From an uncultured Actinoplanes sp. (GTDB lineage: Bacteria > Actinomycetota > Actinomycetes > Mycobacteriales > Micromonosporaceae), in contig CAKUCL010000006.1 in NCBI GenBank assembly GCA_934643405.1, positions 2,714-66,713 on the forward strand: 64,000 nucleotides of DNA, written 5' to 3'. Shown piece after piece: positions 27,905 to 36,957 of this stretch. Position 1 is the stretch's first letter. Every line of letters begins with the position of its first letter. The position numbers and the translations under genes were made by a program. A model generated the notes under the pieces. The model made no database searches. It was not told the DNA's origin and saw only the letters and a program-made list of their open reading frames with translations.

Positions 27905-28939
27905 GTGTTCTGCCTCGCAGCTGCGCACCCGTTGCCCTTTCCGGGCTCGCACCGGCATGCTGGGGAGGTGCCGGACCGGACAGCGGAGGTCACCTCGTTT
28001 CTCGTCGAGGTGCTCGCGCCGCATGCCCCGCTCACGGTGATCGTGGACGGGGGCGACCACGGCGCGGCCGCGGCTTTCGCCGCCCGGCTGGCCGCCGCGT
28101 TCCCGCCGTCGGCCCGGGCCTGGGCGGTGGACGCCGTGGTCGGCCTGACCGGTTTCCCCGGCGGCGCCCGCGACTCGGCGCTCGACGTGCTGGAACCGGC
28201 CGCCGATCACGTGATCGTCCACCTGCGCACCGGTCCGCGCGGCCGGCTCGGCGAGGGGGAGAGGCGCGCCCAGGTGGTGATCGACCACCAGGATCCCCGA
28301 TGGCCGGTGATCCGGCACGTGCATCCGCGGCTCGCCGCGCCCGAGCAGTGGTACCTGGCCGAGAGCCGCGCGTTCTTCGAGATCCGTGCCGAGGCCTGGG
28401 ACGACAAATTCGGCGAGGACCTTCCCGCGTACGGTCGTGCCGTCGAGGCGGCTGGACTGTCGCCCGGCGAGACGGTGATCGACGTCGGCTGCGGCACCGG
28501 ACGCGCGCTCCCGGTGCTGGCCGCGGCGGCCGCACCGGGCGGCCGGGTGATCGGCCTGGACCTGACCCCGCGCATGCTGGCGGAGGCCCGCCGCAAGGGC
28601 CGCGACGCCGCCGCGACCCTGCTCATGGGCGACGCCCACCACCTGCCGATCGCCGGCTCGGTGGCGGACGTGGTCTTCGCGGCCGGCCTGCTCCAGCACC
28701 TGCCCGACGCGGCCGCGGGCCTGGCCGAGCTGGCTCGGATCGCCCGCGCCGGCGCCCGCCTGGTCCTGTTCCACCCGTCCGGCCGGGCGGCGCTGGCGGC
28801 CCGCCACGGCCGCACCCTCGGCGCCGGCGAGCCGCTGAACCGTCCGATCCTGGCGGACCTGCTGGCCGGCGCCGGTTGGCAGATGACCCACTACGAGGAC
28901 CCGGACGACCACTTCCTCGCCCTGGCCGTCCGCCGCTGA
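27905..28939 (+). CDS. Class I SAM-dependent methyltransferase with an N-terminal extension
   Basis: Motif I VIDVGCGTG and post-I GLDLTPRML. The start is uncertain (ATG 27905 or GTG about 27968). Confidence 0.7.
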   Translation: MFCLAAAHPLPFPGSHRHAGEVPDRTAEVTSFLVEVLAPHAPLTVIVDGGDHGAAAAFAARLAAAFPPSARAWAVDAVVGLTGFPGGARDSALDVLEPAADHVIVHLRTGPRGRLGEGERRAQVVIDHQDPRWPVIRHVHPRLAAPEQWYLAESRAFFEIRAEAWDDKFGEDLPAYGRAVEAAGLSPGETVIDVGCGTGRALPVLAAAAAPGGRVIGLDLTPRMLAEARRKGRDAAATLLMGDAHHLPIAGSVADVVFAAGLLQHLPDAAAGLAELARIARAGARLVLFHPSGRAALAARHGRTLGAGEPLNRPILADLLAGAGWQMTHYEDPDDHFLALAVRR

Positions 28940-29046
28940 CAGACCCCGCGTCTCAGCTGTTCTTGCGGGCGGCCCTTCGGCGCGAGGGAGGTTGCCGCCC
29001 AATGCCCGCACCGCCCCGGAGGACCAGCGCGTTCGACGGTTGGCGG

Positions 29047-29457
29047 TTAACCGGCGAGCAGTTGGACCGGGATGTTGCCGCGTGTGGCGTGGGAGTACGG
29101 GCATACCTGGTGGGTGGCCTGGATCAGTTCGCGGCCGGCTTCCCGGGGAAGATGGTCCGGCAGGTTCGTCCGCAGGGCCACTTCGAGACGGAAGCCGCCC
29201 TGCCCGTTCGGGACGAGGCCGACCTCGGCGGTGACCGACATGCCGGAGACGTCGATCTTCTTCTTCTGTGCCACCAGCTGCATGGAGGTGGCGAAACAGG
29301 CGGCGTAGCCGGCCGCGAACAGCTGCTCGGGGTTGGTGCCGTCGCCGGTGCCGCCCAGTTCCTTCTGGCGCGCGAGCGTGACGTCCAGCTTGCCGTCCGA
29401 GCTGAAGGCGCGGCCGTCGCGGCCGGTGGCGGTCGCGACGGCGGTGTAGTGGTTCAT
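29047..29457 (-). CDS. ohr: Organic hydroperoxide resistance protein (Ohr/OsmC family)
   Basis: 136 aa from the internal ATG (MNHYTAV). Both conserved Cys contexts are present (AACFATS and VCPYSHA). Confidence 0.9.
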   Translation of the reverse strand: MNHYTAVATATGRDGRAFSSDGKLDVTLARQKELGGTGDGTNPEQLFAAGYAACFATSMQLVAQKKKIDVSGMSVTAEVGLVPNGQGGFRLEVALRTNLPDHLPREAGRELIQATHQVCPYSHATRGNIPVQLLAG

Positions 29458-29596
29458 GTCCTGCCCTCGGTGATAGACGAATGGATCGGTTGACTGCATC
29501 GACCGTATGGACGCCAAGGACCGCTTTCCATGGCTCACGGTCTTCCTTCTATGTCTGATCGTCTCGCGCAGTCACATCAGGCAATACGATCTGGAG

Positions 29597-30511
29597 ATGG
29601 ATGTACTCAGTGACGCCATCCGCGTCATGCGCACGGGGCGCCCACATTCCGCCGAGATCCGCAAGCGTGTCCCGTGGGCGGTGCGGGCCGAGTCGTTCTC
29701 CGGAGCCGGCTTTCACGTTGTGCTGGAAGGGACGTGCTGGCTGATCCCGTCGAAGGGCGCGCCGATCCCGCTGGGTGCCGGTGATGTGGTGTGCCTGCCG
29801 CACGGCTGTGGGCACGCTTTGGCCGATAGCCTCTCCAGGCCACTGGCGGGCGCTCCCTCGGCCGCCCTGCCGGAGGTGGCGTCCAGCGCCGACGAAGGCG
29901 AGGGTGCGGCCACGATCTTGTTGTGCGGCGCCTACACGCTTGACCAGACCCGGCCGCATCCGCTGTTCCAGGAGTTGCCCGAGGTGATACATCTGCCGGC
30001 TCGCCTCGGCCACCGCTCGCCGCTGCACGTTGCTGTGAACCTGCTCGGCGACGAGATCGCCAACCCCGATCACGGAACCGAAGCCGTCGTCTCGGCGCTG
30101 CTGGACATGATGCTGCTCTATATCCTGCGGGCCTGGCTCGCCAAGCAGACCGAAGGCGGTCCGTCGGCCGGATGGGCTGCGGCGCTGGACGATTCCGCGA
30201 TCACCACGGCATTGCGCCACATCCATCAGGAACCTGCCCGGCAGTGGACGGTCGAAGCGCTGGGCGCGACGGCCGGGCTGTCGCGGGCGGCCTTCTCCCG
30301 CCGGTTCACCGCACTGGTCGGCAAACCGCCGCTCGGCTACCTGACCTGGTGGCGGATGACCCTGGCAGCGCGACTGCTGCGCGACAGCGGAAAATCGGTG
30401 CAGGCTATAGCCCAGGACGCCGGATACGGCTCGGAATTCGCCTTCGCCAAAGCGTTCAAACGGGAGCACGGCTTGGCGCCCGGCCAGTACCGCCGACAGT
30501 CCCGAAGGTAA
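29597..30511 (+). CDS. AraC-family regulator with N-terminal cupin
   Basis: Cupin-like (GFHVVLEGTCWL...GDVVCLPHGCGH) plus C-terminal AraC HTH pair (LSRAAFSRRFTALVGKPPLGYLTWWRM...GYGSEFAFAKAFKREHG). Confidence 0.85.
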   Translation: MDVLSDAIRVMRTGRPHSAEIRKRVPWAVRAESFSGAGFHVVLEGTCWLIPSKGAPIPLGAGDVVCLPHGCGHALADSLSRPLAGAPSAALPEVASSADEGEGAATILLCGAYTLDQTRPHPLFQELPEVIHLPARLGHRSPLHVAVNLLGDEIANPDHGTEAVVSALLDMMLLYILRAWLAKQTEGGPSAGWAAALDDSAITTALRHIHQEPARQWTVEALGATAGLSRAAFSRRFTALVGKPPLGYLTWWRMTLAARLLRDSGKSVQAIAQDAGYGSEFAFAKAFKREHGLAPGQYRRQSRR

Positions 30512-30804
30512 TTCGATTCCGCCGGTCTCCGCGCGCGGATCGAGACGCAGGCGAGGTATCCGAACATGCCGGCGGTTGTCCACTTCGGACCGGTTCCCGG
30601 GTGCGCGCAGCCACAGCTACAGTCAGAGCCGCTGCGGTTCGTGCCGTGGCAGTCGAGCGCCTGCGGCGCCGTTTGCGCCGTGTCAAACAGGTGGGGAGGG
30701 GTGCGCTCGTGACCCTGGTCGACCTCGACGAGCCCATGCCAGCGGCCTCGGACCCGGACGTGTGGGGCGGGTCGTCGAGCGATGAGGACCGTGAGCATGC
30801 CCGC

Positions 30805-30954
30805 GTCGTCAGACCCGCGATGGCGTACAAGGCGATCGAAGCCGCGCGGCAGGGGTGGCGGACGGTCACCGCACCGCAGTCGGCCACGGTGATCCGCGCC
30901 GGCGCCGTGTTCGCCGGGGGTCAGCTGGTCGAACGACCCGGGCACGCGGCATGA
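30805..30954 (+). pseudogene. C-terminal remnant of an IS256-family (mutator-type) transposase
   Basis: AMAYKAIEAARQGWRTVTAPQSATVIRAGAVFAGGQLVERP resembles the conserved IS256 transposase tail (..KLIE.AQ.RWR.VNAPHLVALVRAGA.F..G.LVERP). No upstream transposase body is present. Confidence 0.5.
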
Positions 30955-31403
30955 CCAGTATCGGCCTGCGGCCGGCCACCCACGCCGACAGCGACCGCTG
31001 CTACCAGCTGCACCGGGCCGCGATGCGCGGTTATGTCGAGGCGATCTGGGGCTGGGACGAAGCCGACCAGCAGGCATTCCACCACCGCGGCTTCAACCCC
31101 GACCACACTCGGATCATCACGGTCGACGGTCACGACGCCGGGCTGCTGATTGTCGACTACCGACCCGACCAGATCTACCTCGGCCGCATCGAGATCCACC
31201 CCGACTTCCAAGGCCACGGCATCGGCAGCCGGCTCATAGGCCGGCTGCTGCGCGAGGCCGCCGACCGTGGCCAAGCCGTGGAGCTGGACGTCCTGACCGT
31301 CAACCACCGGGCCCACGCCCTCTACCAACGGCTCGGCTTCCACGAGACCCAACGCCACGGCCCGGACAACATCAAGATCCGGATGCGCGCTGAACCTCAC
31401 TGA
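30951..31403 (+). CDS. GNAT N-acetyltransferase
   Basis: 150 aa (IEIHPDFQGHGIGSRLIGRLLREAADRGQAVELDVLTVNHRAHALYQRLGF). ATGA overlap with the transposase remnant ORF. Confidence 0.8.
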   Translation: MTSIGLRPATHADSDRCYQLHRAAMRGYVEAIWGWDEADQQAFHHRGFNPDHTRIITVDGHDAGLLIVDYRPDQIYLGRIEIHPDFQGHGIGSRLIGRLLREAADRGQAVELDVLTVNHRAHALYQRLGFHETQRHGPDNIKIRMRAEPH

Positions 31404-31419
31404 GTGTTTGAGGTGTTGA

Positions 31420-31620
31420 TCAGGTCCGGGTGAAGGTGCGGCGGAGTTGGCGCCGGGCGGGTTGACCGCGGGTGATCCGGCGGAGCATGCGTTGATGGCG
31501 GCCCATCGGATGAGTGCGTCGGAGACCTGCGGGTGGCGTTCGTAGTCGCGGGCCAGTCGGCGGTGTGCGGCGAACACCGTCGGCAAGACCGCCCCGCTCT
31601 GCGAGTCGAGACCCCGGCCG
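31420..31620 (-). pseudogene. Frameshifted C-terminal remnant of an IS4/IS5-superfamily DDE transposase
   Basis: PTVFAAHRRLARDYERHPQVSDALIRWAAIN matches the (F.W...RRL.RDYE......A.I.WA.I) tail motif. It then shifts by 1 nt into ..RMLRRITRGQPARR..*. Confidence 0.45.
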
Positions 31621-31806
31621 ATGGCTCGGGCTCACGGCCTTGCGCCACCCGGGCCTCGACCGCAGCGCGGCGAGCGGTTTCTCCGTGACGCCGGCGTCGC
31701 CGGCCGGCTCGGCGGCCCCGACGGTCGAGGCGCCGAGGCCGGTGGCGACCACCGCGGCGATGTCCAGCGGCGTCAAAATGCGCTGGGTCGGGGGCTGCGC
31801 ACGCGG

Positions 31807-32610
31807 TCAGACGGTCAGTGGTCGTTGCAGGGTCAGGTCGTGGTCGGCGAACGCGCGGTAGCGGCGCAGCGCCAGGAACAGCCAGCCGAGGCTGATCACG
31901 GCGAGGATGATGAACGCCACCAGGCCCTGGAACGTGTCCCAGGCGGTGTGCAGGACGACCGCGCCGATGAAGGTGGCGATGAACTCGACGACGTGCTTGC
32001 CGGTCGGGGTGGCGATCATCGCCCACAGCGCGCCGGCGGTCAGGCCGGTCCACGCGGTGTGCCCGGCCGGTGAGGTCAGCCCGCGCACGAACAGCGTCTC
32101 CTCGACCGCGCCGATGTTGCCGTTCGACGAGATCAGTGCGGTGAACGCGTAGCCCATCGTCTCCAGCGCGGCGAAGCCCATGCCGGAGGCGACCCCGATG
32201 ACCAGGCCGTCGGACGGCAGCCGGCGCTCGTGCCGGGCCATGATCGTGAAGAGGAGGATCACCGGGACGATCAGCTTGGCGCTCTCCTCGATGATCGCGA
32301 CCAGGATCATCGGGAGCATCCCCAGACCGCGCAGCGTGTTGTATTCGAGGGTGCCGGCCACGACCGTACCGATCACGCCGCCGAAGAAGGCCGCGACGAC
32401 CAACGCCGCACCCGGAACCTGCCAGCGCCCGGTGCGGGCCCGGGCGAAGGTGAGGAAGGCCAGGGGAACCACCGTCGCGCCCAGCAGGATCAGCGACGGG
32501 ACGAAGTTGGGGTTCTGCGTGTGGATCAGAGTCCGCAGCACGATGACATAGAGAACCAGGCCGGTGATCAGGACACCGAGCCACGCCCACCGGCGAGAGC
32601 TGTCGCGCAT
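31807..32610 (-). CDS. PrsW-family intramembrane metalloprotease
   Basis: Polytopic protein with signature EESAK and HTAWD motifs. Confidence 0.85.
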   Translation of the reverse strand: MRDSSRRWAWLGVLITGLVLYVIVLRTLIHTQNPNFVPSLILLGATVVPLAFLTFARARTGRWQVPGAALVVAAFFGGVIGTVVAGTLEYNTLRGLGMLPMILVAIIEESAKLIVPVILLFTIMARHERRLPSDGLVIGVASGMGFAALETMGYAFTALISSNGNIGAVEETLFVRGLTSPAGHTAWTGLTAGALWAMIATPTGKHVVEFIATFIGAVVLHTAWDTFQGLVAFIILAVISLGWLFLALRRYRAFADHDLTLQRPLTV

Positions 32611-32670
32611 GGTCGAAGTCTTTGACCATTGCGCACTCTCGTCAATCCGTGACGAGGCCCACGCCGAGAG

Positions 32671-33966
32671 TCAGCCGAAGAGGCCGAGGTTCACGGCATC
32701 CGCGACGGCCCGCATGCCTCGGTCGTTCGGGTGCAGGTGATCGCCCGAGTCGACGTCTTCCCGGTAGCGCGCCGGGCCGTCCGGGTCATGCGTCGCGCCG
32801 TCCTGGTCGATCACACCGTCGCAGCCGCTCGAACCGCTGCGGATGAAGGCGTTGATCTGGTCCCGTCCGCTCTGGCCGCGCTCGGTCCAGTAGTCGGCGC
32901 CCTCGAACGGCGTCAGCGTCGAGCAGTAGAACGCGATCCCGGCGGCGTGGGCGCGGCCGATCAGCTGCCGCATCGAATCGATCAACCGGGTGGCCGGGGG
33001 CGGGTCCGCGCCGCCGAGATCGTTCAGCGGATCGTCCGAGAAGATCACCCAGCGGACCCCGGGCTGGGCGAGAACGTCGCGGTCGAAGCGTTTCAGGGCG
33101 CTTTCGCCGTTGCTGTCCTTCATCAGCTCGTTGCCGCTGATGCCGGCATTGAGGACCCCGACCGTACGGCCCCCGCCGCTCAGCCGCCGCGACAGCAGGT
33201 CGGGCCAGCGGCCGTCGGTGCCGAACGTCGACCCGACGCCGTCGGTGATCGAGGCTCCGAGCGTCACGACCGCCCCGGTGGCCGCCGGGTTGAGCACGTC
33301 CACGCCGGTCAGGAACGAGTAGGAGGTGCTTCTGCGCGCGCCGCTGAGCCGGGCCGCGCCGCTCTGGTCCCCGGCGGCGACATAGTTGTTCCGGTTGGCG
33401 AAGACGTGCTGGGTGGCCGGCCCGGTGTCCTCCGGCAGGTAGAGACTGATCGTCAGGTCACCGTCGGCGGGCACCGCGAACGCGACCGGATCGCTGGTGA
33501 TCGACCCGCCGGCCGGGATGCCGGCCGTGCCGGCGCCGCCGAAGGTCACCACCCGATCGGTACTTTTCCTGATCTTCCCGTCCCCGGCGTCCACGGCGAC
33601 GTGCGCGCTGCCCACGGCGAGCGCCCCGGCGCCGTACAGATTGGTGATCCGCACCCGGACCTGCGAGCCGCCGACGCTGGTGTGGACGATCTGTCGCAGG
33701 GTCTGGCGCCGGAAGACGGTTTCACCCGGCTGCATGGCCGCCGCCCAGGTCCCCACCCAGCCGCCCGTCTCATCACATTTTGTCCCCGCGCGGGAGGCGG
33801 TCGGAGAGCAGCCGGAGGCGGAGGAGGCGGCGGCGGGGGAGCCGGCGGCGGGCTCCGCAGCGGGTTCGCGGGTGGCGGAGCGGCGGGTCAGCATCAGGAC
33901 GACCGTGCCGAGAACGACCAGAACGGCCAGCGCCGCCGCGAGTGTGACCTGTCTGCCCCGTGTCAT
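32671..33966 (-). CDS. Secreted/membrane-anchored SGNH (GDSL-like) hydrolase
   Basis: ATG 33966 (MTRGRQVTLAAALAVLVV signal/anchor). SGNH blocks LGASITDG, NAGISGN, SGDHLHPN. The long track extension to 34761 is antisense to the MFS gene and is rejected. Confidence 0.8.
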   Translation of the reverse strand: MTRGRQVTLAAALAVLVVLGTVVLMLTRRSATREPAAEPAAGSPAAASSASGCSPTASRAGTKCDETGGWVGTWAAAMQPGETVFRRQTLRQIVHTSVGGSQVRVRITNLYGAGALAVGSAHVAVDAGDGKIRKSTDRVVTFGGAGTAGIPAGGSITSDPVAFAVPADGDLTISLYLPEDTGPATQHVFANRNNYVAAGDQSGAARLSGARRSTSYSFLTGVDVLNPAATGAVVTLGASITDGVGSTFGTDGRWPDLLSRRLSGGGRTVGVLNAGISGNELMKDSNGESALKRFDRDVLAQPGVRWVIFSDDPLNDLGGADPPPATRLIDSMRQLIGRAHAAGIAFYCSTLTPFEGADYWTERGQSGRDQINAFIRSGSSGCDGVIDQDGATHDPDGPARYREDVDSGDHLHPNDRGMRAVADAVNLGLFG

Positions 33967-34016
33967 TGGATCATGTGTACCCGGCGATTCTGTGAAACGC
34001 CTGGTCAACGGCTTGA

Positions 34017-35348
34017 TCAATGGGCCACGGCCACCGCGGGGGCGGTCGTGTCGGCGGGGAGCTGCCGGGGGCGCACCACCAGCCACAGCACGACGTTCGC
34101 GGCGAGCATGCCGAGCACCACCACCGCGGCCATGGCGTTCGCACCGACACCGAACGCGCCGACCAGCGGAGCCGCGAGAGCGCCCACGCCGAACTGGGTC
34201 GCGCCGAGCAGGGCCGCCGCGGTGCCGGCCGCCTCGCCGTGCCGGGACAGCGCCAATGCCGGCGCGTTCGGCATCGCCAGGCCGACCGTGGCCAGCGCCG
34301 CCCAGAGCGGGATCAGGATGCCGGCCAGGCCGCCGAACCCGGTCTGCGCGTCGGCCAGCAGCACACCGCCGGCGACCAGGCCGGCCAGCAGCGCCACGGC
34401 CAGGATGTGCTGCGGCGGGAAGCGGCGCAGCAACCGCACGTTGAGCTGGGTGGCCGCGATCAGTCCGACGGCCCCTCCGGCGAAGACGTACGCGAACTGT
34501 TGCTCGCTCATCCCGAACTCCTCCTGGAAGACGAAGGAGGAGCCGCTCACGTAGGCGAACAGGGCCGCCATCGCCAGGCCGCCGACCAGGATCAGCCCGA
34601 CGTAGACGCGATCGGTGAACAACCGGCCGTAGTCGCGGACCGTGCCGGCCACGCCGCCGCTGCGCCGCCGGTCCCGCGGCAGCGTCTCGGGCAGGGACAG
34701 CGCGGTCGCCGTCATGATCGCGACGCCGACCACGGTGAGCACCACGAAGACGCCGCGCCACGAGCTCCAGTTCAGCACCAGGCCGCCGATCGTCGGGGCC
34801 AGGATCGGCGCCACCCCGATGACCAGCATCAGGCGGGAGAGCAGCTTCGCGGCGGCCAGCCCGGAGAAGAGGTCACGCACCACGGCCATGGCGACCACGG
34901 CGGCCGCGGCGGCGCCCAGGCCCTGCAGGACGCGCAGTGTGCCGAGGGTGGTGAGGTTCGGCGCGAGCACGCAGAGGACGGATGCCAGCACGTGCACGGC
35001 GACGCCGGCCAGTAGCGGGAGCCGCCGCCCGACCGCGTCGGAGAGCGGTCCGACCAGCAGCTGCCCGAGGCCCAGGCCGACCAGGGTGCCGGTCAGCGTG
35101 AGCTGCACGGCCGCCGCGCCTGCGTGCAGATCGACGGCGATCGTGGGCAGCGACGGCAGGTACATGTCGATGGTCAGCGGGCCGAGCGCGGAGAGGAAGC
35201 CGAGGACGAGGGCCATCCGCAGGCGGCGCGCCGCGGACAGCGGCTGCGCCGGAGCGGGGTCCCCGGGTAAGGAATCGATGGCGGGAAGGATGTCAGCTGT
35301 GGGGGCAGACTCGCGCACGAAGAAGCACAAGGGCCCCCGTGCCAGCAT
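34017..35348 (-). CDS. MFS drug-resistance transporter (Bcr/CflA subfamily)
   Basis: 12-TM profile with N-terminal LGFLSALGPLTIDMYLPSLP typical of Bcr/CflA. Exact start uncertain. Confidence 0.85.
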   Translation of the reverse strand: MLARGPLCFFVRESAPTADILPAIDSLPGDPAPAQPLSAARRLRMALVLGFLSALGPLTIDMYLPSLPTIAVDLHAGAAAVQLTLTGTLVGLGLGQLLVGPLSDAVGRRLPLLAGVAVHVLASVLCVLAPNLTTLGTLRVLQGLGAAAAAVVAMAVVRDLFSGLAAAKLLSRLMLVIGVAPILAPTIGGLVLNWSSWRGVFVVLTVVGVAIMTATALSLPETLPRDRRRSGGVAGTVRDYGRLFTDRVYVGLILVGGLAMAALFAYVSGSSFVFQEEFGMSEQQFAYVFAGGAVGLIAATQLNVRLLRRFPPQHILAVALLAGLVAGGVLLADAQTGFGGLAGILIPLWAALATVGLAMPNAPALALSRHGEAAGTAAALLGATQFGVGALAAPLVGAFGVGANAMAAVVVLGMLAANVVLWLVVRPRQLPADTTAPAVAVAH

Positions 35349-35369
35349 GATTCCGCAGCGTAATGGTGG

Positions 35370-35650
35370 TCACACGGAAAGTGCCGTGACCGACTCCATC
35401 AGCTTCCGGCCGGTGGCGACCTCGTACAGCCGCAGCTGGTAGGTGGCCTGGCGCATCGACACCTTGTCCGGTTCCGGGTCGGCGTAGCTGCACTTCTTCA
35501 CCTCGGCGCCGGAGCTCACCAGGTCGACGCAGGCGACCAGCTGCACCTTGGCCGGGTCCCGCGGTAGTACCACTGGTCGCAGACGCGGGCGAGATCGTCG
35601 GCCCCGCGCACCGGGTGCGACAGGGCATGGGCGCCTGGGCCGGCGGCGGG
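35370..35650 (-). pseudogene. Frameshifted remnant of an unknown protein gene
   Basis: A GC3-rich frame encodes ..ADDLARVCDQWYY. This switches by 1 nt near 35560-35575 into ..DPAKVQLVACVDLVSSGAEVKKCSYADPEPDKVSMRQATYQLRLYEVATGRKLMESVTALSV*. No credible N-terminus or signal is present. Confidence 0.3.
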
Positions 35651-35776
35651 CGAGAGGGGCGGCCCGACTTGCCCGCGGCACCTACGTGTGCTCCGTCGCC
35701 TGTGCTCGCGGTCACGGCCCGGGTCGTGCAAGGCTGGTGACTTCCGTGGTCCGCGAGCGAGTGATGAGGACATGGC

Positions 35777-36946
35777 ATGGGCATGGTCAAGGTCGTCGGG
35801 TTGGTGCTGCATCCGCGGCGCGACTGCGGCGCGGCGATCGACGCGATCGTGTCCTGGGCGGCACGGCGCGGGGTGACCGTGCTGGGCCTCCACGACGAGA
35901 TCACCCGGATCGACTGTGAGGCGGTCGCGGTCAGCCAGGAGGAGATGATCGAGCGGGCCGGCCTGCTGGTCAGCCTCGGCGGTGACGGCACCATGCTGCG
36001 CACGATGCGGCTGGTCGAGGGCCGCAAGACGCCGGTGCTCGGGGTCAACGTGGGCCGGCTGGGCTTCCTCGCCGAGGTGGACCTGCCGGACCTGCCGGAG
36101 GCGCTGTCCGCGATCGACGAGCACAAGTTCACCATCGAGCCGCGCACCGCCGTCCGCACGCTGCTGCCGGACGGCAGGGACGTCTCGGCGTTCAACGACA
36201 TCGCTCTGGTCCGGGTGCCCGGCGACGGCCTGGCCGCGGTCGGCATCTCGGTCGAGAGCAAGAACTTCGTCAACTACGCGGCCGACGCGGTCATCGTGGC
36301 CACCCCCACCGGTTCGACGGCGTATTCGTTCTCGGCCGGCGGCCCGATCGTCTCACCCAACGTGGAGGGCCTGATCGTCACCGCCGCGGCCGCGCACTCC
36401 TCGTTCAACCGGCCGCTGATGCTGGCCCTGCAGGAGCGACTCGAACTCGACGTGCTGCCCACCAGCGGCCGACTCGCCATTGAGGTGGACGGCATCATCG
36501 AGGGCTACGCGGGCCCCGACGACCGGCTGACCATCGAACCGATCCCGGCCGCCGCCCAGGTGATCCGGCTCGGCAACACGTCGTTCTACGAGCGGGCCCG
36601 CCGCAAGCTGCGGGTCGAGGGCAGCGCCCAGGTCGGCGTGCCCGACTCGTCCGAGGCGACCGTGGTCGACAGCTTCGAGCGCCAGCGCTACGAGGTGCTC
36701 ATCGGCGGCGAGGTGGCCGGCGTGCTGCACTACCGCCGGTATCCCTCGCACATCGAGCTCATGCACACCGAGGTCGAACAGTCCTTCTCCGGCCGGGGGC
36801 TGGCCAGCCGGCTCGCCTCCGCGGCCCTGGACGACGCCCGCACCCGGGCGACCCCCGTCGTCGTCACCTGTCCCTTCGTCATCGGATTCCTGGACCGCCA
36901 CCCCGAGTACACCGACCTGCTGGCCGACCCCAACTCAACAAGCTGA
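35777..36946 (+). CDS. nadK: NAD kinase fused to a C-terminal YjdJ-type GNAT-fold domain
   Basis: NADK motifs LVSLGGDGTMLR, NDIALV, ATPTGSTAYSFSAGGPIV. The last ~95 aa (YEVLIGGEVAGVLHYRR..IELMHTEVEQSFSGRGLASRLASAALDDAR...VVVTCPFVIGFLDRHPEY) look like the stand-alone YjdJ-like GNAT proteins. Confidence 0.85.
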   Translation: MGMVKVVGLVLHPRRDCGAAIDAIVSWAARRGVTVLGLHDEITRIDCEAVAVSQEEMIERAGLLVSLGGDGTMLRTMRLVEGRKTPVLGVNVGRLGFLAEVDLPDLPEALSAIDEHKFTIEPRTAVRTLLPDGRDVSAFNDIALVRVPGDGLAAVGISVESKNFVNYAADAVIVATPTGSTAYSFSAGGPIVSPNVEGLIVTAAAAHSSFNRPLMLALQERLELDVLPTSGRLAIEVDGIIEGYAGPDDRLTIEPIPAAAQVIRLGNTSFYERARRKLRVEGSAQVGVPDSSEATVVDSFERQRYEVLIGGEVAGVLHYRRYPSHIELMHTEVEQSFSGRGLASRLASAALDDARTRATPVVVTCPFVIGFLDRHPEYTDLLADPNSTS

Positions 36947-36957
36947 GGTAAGAACCC

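Noticed and set aside
30540-30700. Small Cys-containing ORFs between araC and the IS256 remnant (48-aa MPAVVHFGPVPGCAQ... on the + strand; CHGTNRSGSDCSCGCAHPG on the - strand)
   Set aside because: They are short, have no RBS, and show only moderate GC3. The reverse-strand frame continues antisense into araC. They cannot be supported as genes from sequence alone.
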